A stretch of DNA of 64,000 bases from Octopus sinensis (lineage: Eukaryota): NCBI RefSeq assembly GCF_006345805.1, contig NC_043006.1, positions 54,126,001-54,190,000 on the forward strand, written 5' to 3'. Numbering within the stretch: position 1 is the stretch's first letter; every line of letters starts with the position of its first letter. The position numbers and the translations under genes were made by a program. Shown here one piece after another: positions 49,736-60,795 of this stretch. The notes below the pieces were generated by a model. That model did no database searches. It was not told the origin of the DNA and was given only the letters and a program-made list of their open reading frames with translations.

Positions 49736-50169
49736 CATTTTGTTCAGCATGTTGATTCTGCGAGCTCAACAACTTTCTTGATAATAATAGTAATTTCTAT
49801 GAGGAACCACTGCCCATCCTATGAAGTTTCCTGTCTTATCCTATCCTGTTTCAACCCTTGCAAGAATGAAAAGCCAATTTGGGATTCCAAATCAGGACAT
49901 AAAAGAGATGTAGCTAAAAGCAAATTTTCAATGCTCATCTGATTCAGATAATCCATGGTTTCAATTTCCTATTACTACTACTAATACTACTAGTAATACC
50001 AATACTATTACTAATAATGAAACTAATTCTACTAATAATAATTATCATGGTGCGCCCATGTCCATTTATTAAATTTCATGTCTCTCTAATATCAACAGAA
50101 TCTTATTTTTATGATGATGGGAATACTGATGAAAATGATGATGTGTATGTTCCTTGACTGAGCTTTCAG

Positions 50170-50268
50170 ATTGAAAATTTGTTATCCAATCAAAAGCTTC
50201 CAGTAATCGTTGGTGGAACAAATTACTATATTGAATCTCTTCTCTGGAAGTTTCTAATTGAAAAAGAG
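50170..50268 (+). CDS. TRIT1: tRNA dimethylallyltransferase, coding exon 3 (99 nt)
   Basis: [33 protein letters not shown] contains the family motif PIxVGGTxYY. Acceptor ttccttgactgagctttcag|, donor GAG|GTAGGT. Phase 0 matches exon 2. Confidence 0.95.
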
Positions 50269-50280
50269 GTAGGTGTGATA

Positions 50281-50344
<64 letters not shown>

Positions 50345-51326
50345 ATATATATACTGAGTTATGATAAATACTAACATTAAACTGAAGGACTGACTACTCA
50401 ATACTATTTTGGGAGTGCATATTTATACATTTACAAGATTAGTTGTGATAGTGACTTTGAAGTATCCAAAGATGGCTAGCAGGCCAAAAGTTCAAAGTCA
50501 CTATCACCACCATTCTTATAAATGTACATGAATGTATGTGTATGTATACATACACACACACACATTCATTTTTTTTTTCTAGTTTCAGCTAGTGCTCTGT
50601 GTGAATATGTGTTCTGTTGTGTGTGTATGATTAAATGTGTTTGTATATAATGTTTACATGTATGTAATATACCTGTGTATGTCTGTTTCTCTGTTGCGAA
50701 GCCTTTCTTATGCTCAAATACACATACCGATGTGTGAAATAAAAACATTAAGTGATGCTTGAGTTTATTGTGTGTATACTGTGGATATATCCTTACAGTT
50801 AAATGTGGTGAGAACCAATATTAGCTACATGATAGGATATCAAAAACATAACAGAATAGCATGACAGACAATATGTCTCTGTTGCTAGCTTAAGTTTAAC
50901 TGTCTTGACAGATGGGTAGGCAAAGATAGGTAGACATTTAGTCAAATAGATAGAGAGATAGAAAGATAAACCTAGCCAGCAACAAAACTCATATTGTATC
51001 TTATAACTACCCTGATATTTTTTTGTTGACATCTTGTCATTTTGTTAATTTTTGTTTTCTCACATTGCTTTAATGTAGATTTAACTGCAAAGACAAGCAT
51101 ATCCCAAATTTACCCCTTTTGTTACCATATTTCTATTGAAATATATTGCTTTTGTTTCAATAAATTTTGAAAATAGTGAAGAATTTAGTAAAATATCTTT
51201 GTCATTATTAAGGTGGTGTTTAGAAAATAAACTAACACAAAGTTTTGATGGAGGTTTTAGCGTGTGTCATTGACCCAGGGGCAGTCTCATGTAAATTGGT
51301 ATCAAAAACGCTAATCATGTTGTTTT

Positions 51327-51396
<70 letters not shown>

Positions 51397-51404
51397 ATAT
51401 ATAT

Positions 51405-51680
51405 ATAAACGGCAGTGCATCAGCATGGCCACAGCTCTGAGCGGAAATTACAGAAAAGAGAATATATATATTACGGAGATGTACTTGCATAGCAAGTAAC
51501 TTGATCTGAGATCGTGTGCTGAAACGAAAACAATTGCAGCGTGGAAGGTGTTTATAAGCCATTTAAGAAACACACAAAAGCCGTTCGATTCACTTCAACA
51601 TTTAAGTTTAATTTGTCAAAATATTTTCGCGCTAAAATCCGCGACCTGTTCACTGACAAAAATCCGTGCTGCATCTCATA
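51405..51680 (-). mobile_element. (TA)n-embedded repeat carrying a hammerhead-like fold (probable Penelope-type terminal repeat)
   Basis: Flanked by (TA)n on both sides. Contains the hammerhead-like motif at 51612-51660. Confidence 0.45.
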
Positions 51681-51754
51681 TATATATATATATGAATGAT
51701 CATCAGGAAGGCCGTTATTTAATATATTTAAAAATGTAGCTTATCTCTCTCTAT

Positions 51755-52200
51755 CATCATCATCATCGTTTAATGTTCGCTTTCCATGCTGGCATGGGTT
51801 GGATGGTTTGACTGAGGACTGGTGAGCCAGTGGCTGCACCAGGCTCAATCTGATCTAGCAAAGTTTCTACAGCTGGATGCCTTTCCTAACGCCAACCACT
51901 CTAAGAGTGTAGTGGGTGCTTTTATGTCCCACCCACATGAGGGCCAGTCATGCTGAAAAGGTGTTTTTATGTGCTACTTGCATGGGAGCCAGTCCGGCGG
52001 CACTGGCATCAACCATGCTTAAATGTTGTTTTTCACGTAAGGCGACGCTGGCAACGATCACGCTTGAATGGTGCTTTTCATGTGTCACCGGCACAGGAGC
52101 CAATCTGTGGCCCTGGCACCAATCGCACTCGGATGTGCTTTTAATGTTCCACTGGCACGAATGCCAATCAGGCAGTACTGTCATCGGTTATGTCGGCAAT
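51755..52200 (-). mobile_element. RTE LINE 3' UTR fragment
   Basis: catcatcatcgtttaatgttcgctttccatgctggcatggg, followed by the ggtgctttt repeat units. Confidence 0.85.
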
Positions 52201-52211
52201 TTTAATTTTGA

Positions 52212-52270
<59 letters not shown>

Positions 52271-52275
<5 letters not shown>

Positions 52276-53572
52276 GGGGCAGAGAGGACAGACATTCACA
52301 AAATCATTAATTTGAGCTGCAAACAAATTTTGACATTAATGTGTTCATATTGAATTAGCATTTGTCAGAATTAAGTGTGGAAAGCAATGTCCATCATGTG
52401 GTGTCTGTTTTCATTGATGCATTTCTGAAGGTGTTCTTGGAAATTGACCTCCACTCTCTCCAGAATTGCTCTGTTGATTTGGGTGACTTCCATGTAAATA
52501 GTTTCCTTCAAATCATCCAATGTATGGGGCTTCTGCACATACACATGTGCCTTGTCGTTTCCCCACAAGAAATAATCACACATGGACAAATCAGGGACCA
52601 AAGGGGCTGAGGAATGTCAGCACACCAAGAAATGAGGCAGTCACCAAGGAGAGGGTGAAGAACATCCATTGATGCTCTGGCTGTGCGGACCATCGCCCCA
52701 TCCTACTGAAACTACATGCATCAAATAGGCATATGTTTTTGTTATAATTCAGGTACAAAGAAGTTGGTTATCACCTTGATGTAACGCTCGGAGTTCACAG
52801 TAACAGCATTTTCATTATTATCTTCAAAAAAGTAAGGATCAATGATGGCACCTTTTCCAACAGCACACCAGACTGTCAATTTTGGGCTGTGCAGTTCTCT
52901 TGGATTTTCAAGAGCCCAACAATGTTCTGTTGATTCACCATGCCATTGAGGTGAAAATGAGCTTCACTACTCATTAACAGAATGTTGTCATTTGCCTCAG
53001 AAATTGCTTCCATCTGACATGCAAAGTTAAGCTGCTGTACATAGTCCCATTGGTTTCAAATGTTGCCCAATGACTAATTTTTATGGGTAGAAATGCAGGT
53101 TTTCATGCAAAATATACCTTATCGTTCAATTACTGATGCCAAGTTCAGTGGAATACCTCTGAGCATAGTGATTCAGATTCCATATCAAAGCTTGTCTGAT
53201 GCGTTCAACATTTTCTGGGGTTTGTACCATTTGTGGCACCCCCACCAGTCTTCTATTCATTAGTGTACCTCGTGTATGAAGTGCATTCACCCAATGTAAG
53301 ATTGTGTTATGGGTGGGAGCAGCCTGATTTTGGTGAATGTTGAAGTGGCACCAAAACTCATGCTGAACTGCTGTGCCAGACTCATTATACTTCACGTAAC
53401 TGTTGTAGGCAAACATGATGCTCTATCATCCACAGCACCATGACTTCACCTGAAAAGGAAAAAAAAATGCTAAGACCCCACAGACTGATTGATACCTGTC
53501 AGACATATATCTCACCCCTTCGGGCTGAGTAATAGCCATTTCAAAAACATCTGTCCTTTCTGCCCCACCTTG
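52271..53572 (-). mobile_element. Near full-length decayed Tc1/mariner of rosa/DD41D-like type
   Basis: TIRs agggtggggcagagaggacaga and tctgtcctttctgccccaccttg|TA. N-terminal HTH (53126-53416) and C-terminal PDLSMCDYFLWG...QKCINEN. The DD41D assignment rests on motif resemblance; I did not count the spacing. Confidence 0.85.
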
Positions 53573-53813
53573 TATATATTTATTGCATGTTTATATGCAA
53601 ACATCTGAGTGCATATAAGGGAAAAAAGAGTTCTCAATATCAAATTTTAGAGCATCATATTACAGTTCCTGAAGCTGATATTTCATATTCTTTAATTTAA
53701 AGTTTCACATCTCCAATCTGGCAGTTGTCCTTGGACATTTGTCTTCCAGCCAATCACACAGCCTTGTTAGTGACTTTGGTGGGTAGATACTGAAAAAAAG
53801 CCTGTTTTGTGTA

Positions 53814-53848
<35 letters not shown>

Positions 53849-54427
53849 ACACAGCTCCTTAAAACAACTTGTGTGAATTATAAGAAAACTTCTCTGAAAT
53901 GTATAGTAACGTTTGCAGTTGTCCATGAAAATCTTGTCTGGATTAAGGGGAAACTATTATCTTGCTAAGAAACAAGTGAGGGTTGAAGGCTGGAAGAGCA
54001 TCCAGTCATGGAAATTCTGCTTCATTATCTCAGAAGTGTGTCCTTAAGATGGCAGGACATGTTTTGAGGATATTTTTCTGTGCCACGTAAAAAGCTCTTA
54101 TACTGGTGTAGCACAAAGAGTACCTGAGCTGGCACTTGTGTTGGTGCCAAACAAAAAGCTCCTGTGCTGGTGTGGCACAAAAAGTACTTTGTGTTGGTTT
54201 CAAGTAAAAGGTATCCCATACTCTGTAAAGCAGTTGGTATTAGGAAGTGCATCCAGCTGTAGAAATCCTGTCAAAACAGACAAATGAATCCTGGTGTAGC
54301 TCTCTTGCATGCCAGCTCCTGTTGAGCCATCCAACTCATGCCAGCATGGAAAACGAACATCTGTAGCAGATGAAACGACCTTACTGGGGCGCCTTCAGCA
54401 GCTGGTGTTGGTTGCATTAATTTATAC

Positions 54428-54700
54428 CAGTGTTTCCCAAAGTGGGCACTATTAACCCCCCTGGGGACAGTGGAAAGTTCCAAGGGGGTGTTGAAGAAGA
54501 GTGGGGCAATAATGGGGTAGCAATTCATGTAAAAACAAAATAATGGGTTCATTAGGTTAAGTTTTATTTGTGAAATACAGTTGCTTTGAATTTGCTTCAG
54601 AAAGAGGTCTATGTTTGTGATGGTTAGTTGGGGTGGGGGTGCTAGGAATGTGGCCTGGGTGTCAAGGGGGCAGTAGGCCCAAAATGTTTGGGAACCACTG
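54428..54700. mobile_element. hAT (Charlie-like) MITE with 8-bp TSD
   Basis: TIRs CAGTGTTTCCCAAA and TTTGGGAACCACTG. ATTTATAC (54420-54427) versus ATTTACAC (54701-54708). Confidence 0.9.
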
Positions 54701-55885
54701 ATTTACACTATAGAATTTTCCCACGTTATTTTATCCTGTATTATTTCAATAGTGAGACCCAACATTTTACTATTTGACCTCAATGACTTACTCCCATCCA
54801 CCTTACCTTGTGGTCAACATTCTCTAAGCAACTCGAAGGACAATTTATATCCAACCTGTATCATCTTTTCACTTTACAAGATCTTCTATATCAGTCATTG
54901 GCAAACTTTGGTCTGCAGGACTTACTGCATGACATGTCTAACAGAAAATTACCTTGAATATTTTTTAGTAGTGTGGCCCACATGATGTTTCATGTGAACC
55001 ATTTCTTAAAAAAGGTTGCCCATGTCTGCTCTGTATCGGTGATTAAGAATTCTAGAGGGATACATTTCTAGGTAAAGAAGATTAGGATGAGACAGTATTA
55101 AAATGGAAGGTGGAGAGACAAATGTCGTGTGGAATCATGTGTAGGTGGTGGTATAATGTCAGAAAATTATATAGGTGTAGAGGCTGTTTTATGAGACTTT
55201 GAAAAAGAAAGTATATAAGACAATGGATCAAAGCCTATAGTATTGGTGAGTAAAAGAGCATCTACATCATAGGTAAGTGTTTGTGAGGTAGCTAATGCTT
55301 TTGTTGCTGTGATCTAGGGAGTGTTTTTTGTGTGGGTCCTGTGAACAGTATTCAAATGAACTATTTACTATTCATACTTTGTTAAAGCTATAACATCTGT
55401 TCAGGATTGAACTATTTCCTAGTGCTGTAGAGGAAACCCAGCCTTTATGATACTATCTTGGTTGTGTGAAAGCAATGGGGTTGCCATGAAAGTTTTATCA
55501 GGGATTGTGAAGCATGGTATTCATAGGGAGTGTGTTTTGGCCGTTGGGTGCTGCTATCTGAGTTTTTGCTGCTGTTGAATGAGATCTTAACACTCTGCTG
55601 CAAGAAGTTATTGTGGGCTTTGTTTATGGAGGATGTGCAAATCTGATGATACAAACAACAGCAACAATGAAAAAGACTTTCCTTTAGATAAAAGCTCTGG
55701 TGCAAATGTTACCACACCCTCTTACACTATGATATCAGAATCAACATATTATTTCCAGTTCTCTGTAAAATATATGTAAAATAGTGCCTAATTTAGCCTA
55801 TAGCAGAAAGGACAGACCCCATGACATTAAGTAATGATAATGATGTTGCGGATGTCTCATCTCACACACATCATGTACATATGTA

Positions 55886-57134
55886 CAGGGGTTGGACAAA
55901 ATAATGGAAACGCCTTAAAATTTCAAACAAAGTTATTTTAATATTAGGTAGGATCACCTTTGGCTGTAATTACAGCTTGAATTCTATGAGGTATGAATTC
56001 ATACAAAGTTTGAATTGTTTCCAAACGAATTTTTGTCCATTCTTCAGCTAAAACAGTCTCCAGTTCTTGTGTTGATGGTGGAAGATATTGACTCCTTACT
56101 TGTTTTTCTAAAATGCCCCATAAATGTTCAATGATATGGAGATCTGGGGACTGTGCTGGCCAGATAAGATATTTAACTTCACTAGAATGTTCCTTGTGCC
56201 ATTCAGTAACAACTTTAGCTGTGTGAATTGATGCATTATAATCCTGAAAGATTGCATTTCCCTCCAGAAACAGTTCTGCAACCATAGGATGAATTTGATC
56301 AGATAAAATGCTTAAATAGCCTTGACTATTAATTCTACCATGAAGGGAAACCATTGGGCTGGCAGATTTCCAAGATATAGTCCCCCCAGATTGTCACACA
56401 TCTTACTTCATGTTTAACAGTTGGAAGAAAGTAGTCTGGGTCAAATGCTTCTTTTGGCTGTCTTCACACATATACTTGGCTGGTGGTTGGAAATAGGGTA
56501 AAGGATGACTCGTCTGAGAATATAGCATTCTTCCACTCTTCTAGGGACCAATTCTGTAGGTTTTTACTGCACTCTAAACGGTTTGCAATGTTTGTCTTTG
56601 AAAGCAGTGGTTTTCTGATTGCAGCCCTCCCATGAAATCTGGCTTTGTGCCACTCCTGGCGAACAGTTTTTGTGGAAACTGGGTTTTCGAGGTGGTCATT
56701 AAGCTCTGCTGTACTTTTGTGATCCTTTCTAACAATTCGCATAAGATCTGATGGTCCCTATCTGAGAGTGTTGATTTTGTTCTGGAGTTTTGTTTCGACG
56801 AGGAGGTTTTTCCTTCTTTCTCAAAGGCTGTCATTACTTTCAAGACCGTACTTATTGATACACCAAACATTTTGGCTGTTTTCATTATGCTAGCACCTGC
56901 CATATGAGCACCAATAATTTTACCTCTTTGAAAGTCCGATAGATCTGTCATTTTAATGAATTTTAATTACCTTTTTCTGATGATATCTGAAAAAGAACAG
57001 CAATTTTAGCAAAACATATTAAGCAACATTAAAAATAAATCAAAAAACATAAAAATAAACAAGCTTTTGACGGTTTTATAAATATTTCAAACTTATGATG
57101 CTAGGTGTTTCCATTATTTTCTCTAACCCCTTTG
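55886..57134 (-). mobile_element. Full-length but frameshifted Tc1-like (DD34E) transposon
   Basis: TIR TA|CAGGGGTTGGACAAAATAATGGAAAC with its imperfect complement at ~57103-57134. Fragments MTDLSDFQRGKIIG, FSDESSF, FQDYNASIH and SPDLHIIEHLW. Confidence 0.93.
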
Positions 57135-57137
57135 TGT

Positions 57138-57172
<35 letters not shown>

Positions 57173-57381
57173 CAATGAGCCCACGATACTTTGAAATCAT
57201 ATAGTGCTAAATCAAGCTATTATTAATATATATATATATATCATCATCACCATCGTTTAACGTCCGTTCTCCATGCTAGCATGGGTTGGATGGTTCGGCC
57301 AGGGATCTGGGAAGCCAGAAGGCTGCACCAGGCTCCAGTCTGATCTGGCAGTGTTTCTACAGCTGGATGCCCTTCCTAACG

Positions 57382-57429
<48 letters not shown>

Positions 57430-57432
<3 letters not shown>

Positions 57433-57820
57433 TCTTTTACTGGTTTCAGTCATTTGACTGTGGCCATGCTGGAGCACCGTCTTTAGTTGAGCAAATCGAC
57501 CCCAGGACTTATTCTTTGTAAGCCTAGTACTTATTCTATCGGTCTCTCTTGCTGAACCGCTAAGTGACGGGGACATAAACACACCAGCATCGGTTGTCAA
57601 GCGATGTTGGGGAGACAAATGCAGAAACACAAACATATGCACACACACATACATATATACGACGGGCTTCTTTCAGTTTCCGTCTACCAAATCCACTCAC
57701 AAGGCTTTTGTCGGCCCGAGGCTATAGTAGAAGACACTTGCCCAAGGTGCCACGTGGTGAGACTGAACCTGGAACCATGTGGTTCATAAGCAAGCTACTT
57801 ACCACACAGCCACTCCTACA
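57430..57820 (-). mobile_element. SINE family A, full length
   Basis: Reverse-complement match to the family. Confidence 0.9.
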
Positions 57821-57979
57821 CCTATATATATATCATCATCATCATTTAGCATCTACTTTCCATGCTGTACTAAGTGCCAAATGAGACTGGAACTTGGTGC
57901 AGCTCTCCAATTTACCAGTTATAGTCAAACTGTCTAACTCATGCCAGCATGGAAAGCAGACGCTAAATGATGATGATTT

Positions 57980-58014
<35 letters not shown>

Positions 58015-58187
58015 TAAGAGTTTGATTCAGTTCCATATGATTTAAAAGTTTTGTGGGCTCATAGGATGAACCTACCTCATCAGATAAGTCAAACTGTTAT
58101 TTAAAAAAAAATGTATCTCCTATCAAATGTTCTGAGTGCCACTTTGTTTTGTTTGTTCACTCGCTTCTATGTATATGTATGTATATA

Positions 58188-58495
58188 TCTTTTACTTGTT
58201 TCATTCATTAGTCTGTGGCCATGCTGTGGCACTGCCTTGAAGAATATTAGTTGAATGATTTGACTCCAGTACTTACCTTTCATCAAGCTTGCTACATATT
58301 CAATCGGTCTTTTTTGCCAAACTACTAATTTACAGGGACATAAACACACTAACACCAATTGTTGAGCAGTAGTGTAGGACAAGCACACATAATGGGCTTC
58401 TTTTAGTTTCCATCTACCAAATCCAATCAAGGCTTTGTTTGGTTGGCCTGAAGCTGTAGTAGATGACACTTGCTCAAGGTGCCATGCAGTGGAAC
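58188..58495 (-). mobile_element. SINE family A, older diverged copy
   Basis: Diverged 3' half and core; the head is truncated. Confidence 0.78.
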
Positions 58496-59118
58496 TACAT
58501 ACATACATATATACTTAAACACACACACTCATTCATTCATTCATACAGTCAAATGCATAGCATATATCCTTTCCTTTCAATTGTCTTATATTCCTGGCTG
58601 TGACATATTATCATAGTGTTAAGTTATATTCAGTTTTTCAACATCTCATTGATAGCTAATATCATTAACACACACATACACACAAGGTGTCATTTCTTGC
58701 TTGGGATTTTGGTAAATAACTTGTACCCAGGATGAAATCTCAGATGGAAGAGATTTCCATTTGATGTAATAAAGAGTAAAAAGAAAAAGAAAAAAGGAAA
58801 AAAAAAAATGTGCAAACAAATAAAGAAAAATGAATAAACTTAAGTGAAATAAGCTAAAACCTCTCATGTCTGGCTGGTGTGTGAATTATATCATCAGCAA
58901 ATATTTTAATTTACTGTTTCTAGGTTATTTGAGAGGAAAGCTCTCTTTAGAATGGGTGGTCGATCTACATTTCTACATAGTTTGTCGTGCCTCCTTATTC
59001 TCACACATCTATATATACATGCAGCGTATACATCATATGTGTGTGTGTTTATGTATATATGTATATACACATATTCATACACATACATACACACATGTAT
59101 GTATGTGTATATATATAT

Positions 59119-59176
<58 letters not shown>

Positions 59177-59209
59177 TGTGTGTGCGTGTGCATGTATGTA
59201 TTTATCATC

Positions 59210-60125
59210 TTCAGCATTGATTGAAGTCCATTTTCTATGCTGGCATGGGTTAGATGGTTTGACTGAGGTCTGGAGAGTCAGCGGCTGCACCAGGCACCAA
59301 CTTGATCCGGCAAAGTTTCTACAGCTGGATGCCTTTCCTAACGCCAACCACTCCGAGAGTGTAGTGGGTGCTTTTTACGTGCCACCGGCACAAGAGCCAG
59401 TCAGGTGGGCCTGACAACAATCACATTCAGATGGTGCTTTTTACATGCAATCAGCACAGGAACCAGTCGGTGGGTACTGGCATCAGTCATGATCGGTTGG
59501 TGTTTTTTACATGCCACCAGCACAGGAACCAGTCAGGTGGACTTGGCATTGACCACGTTCAGATTGTGCTTTTTATGTGCCACTGGCACAGGAGCCAATC
59601 GGGTCACCAGCCCCAGCTACAATATTGGTTTTACTTGACTCAACAGGTCCTCTCAAGCATATATCATCTGATGCTTCAGGGGTATTCTTAACAGGGCCAG
59701 GCATGCATAGCTGCAGTCTCACGTTAGTTGCCAGGTCTTCTCAATCACAGCATATCTCCAAAGGTCCCAGTCTCCTTTCATTGCCTCTGTGAGGCCCACA
59801 GTTTGAAGGTCATGCTTCACCACCTCATCACATGTCTTCCTGAGTCTACCTCTTCCACAGGTTCCTTCTACAGTTAGGGAGTGGCACTTCCTCACACAGC
59901 TGTCTTCATTCATATGCAACATATGGCCATACCAGCGCAGTCACCTCTCTTGCACACCACATTTGATTCTTCGTATGCCCAACTTTTCTGTCAGGGTGCT
60001 TACACACCGTTGTTAGACATCCAGCGGATCATACTAGCTTCATTTCTTTCAAGCCTACGCATATCTTCAGCATTCATGGCCCATGTTTCACTGCCATCTA
60101 GCATGGCAGTTTGCACACATGAGCA
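59210..60125 (-). mobile_element. RTE LINE 3' portion: ORF C-terminus plus 3' UTR containing ~66-bp tandem units
   Basis: AMLDGSETWAMNAEDMRRLERNE and GRGRLRKTCDEVV. Four ggtgcttttt-initiated units at ~59367-59600 and a (GAT)-type tail. Confidence 0.92.
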
Positions 60126-60220
60126 GCTCGCACACATGCTCACGTATTTATATGTATACATATGTATAGATGCATGAATATATATGTATATAAGTAAAGA
60201 TGTATGTGTATAAATACATG

Positions 60221-60265
<45 letters not shown>

Positions 60266-60405
60266 ATATATATTGATCAGACTGGAGCCTGGTGCAGCCT
60301 CCTGGCTTCCCAGACCCCGGGCGAACCGTCCAACCCATGCTAGCATGGAAAACGGACGTTAAACGATGCTGATGATGATATATATATATATATATATATA
60401 TATAG

Positions 60406-60436
<31 letters not shown>

Positions 60437-60439
60437 AGT

Positions 60440-60482
60440 CCACCTGAAGATTGTCGATCAAGACAAGAAACGATTGTAGTGG
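60440..60482 (+). ncRNA. Minimal type-I hammerhead ribozyme motif, core intact
   Basis: Stem I ccac/gtgg; CTGAAGA (60444-60450); stem II ttgtc-gatcaa-gacaa; GAAA; C-gatt-G; cleavage triplet GTA (predicted cut after 60478). Confidence 0.75.
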
Positions 60483-60569
60483 CGGTTTTTTTGACTATTT
60501 ATTAAAATTTTATGTATTGATTAAGTCTTTCCTTGTTTGTTTTGCAAAATAGTGGTTTTGTCTCTAATA

Positions 60570-60584
60570 ATATTTTATATATAG

Positions 60585-60616
<32 letters not shown>

Positions 60617-60634
60617 GATATATATAATATATAT

Positions 60635-60676
<42 letters not shown>

Positions 60677-60707
60677 TATATATATTATATTATATATATA
60701 ATATATA

Positions 60708-60767
<60 letters not shown>

Positions 60768-60795
60768 TATATATAATATATATATATATATAATG
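60570..60795. repeat. Long interrupted (TA)n tract
   Basis: Direct reading. Confidence 0.97.

Larger units (their letters stand above)
33113..50169 (+). other. TRIT1: TRIT1 intron 2, U12-type (minor spliceosome) GT-AG intron, 17057 nt
   Basis: 5' splice site GTATCCTTT (33113-33121) matches RTATCCTTT. Branch site TTCCTTGAC (50150-50158) matches TTCCTTRAC, branch A at 50157. There is no extended polypyrimidine tract. Confidence 0.9.

Noticed and set aside
54720-55720. Possible L2/CR1-like RT relic (LLFDLNDLLPS)
   Set aside because: The resemblance is too weak to support a call without an HMM search.
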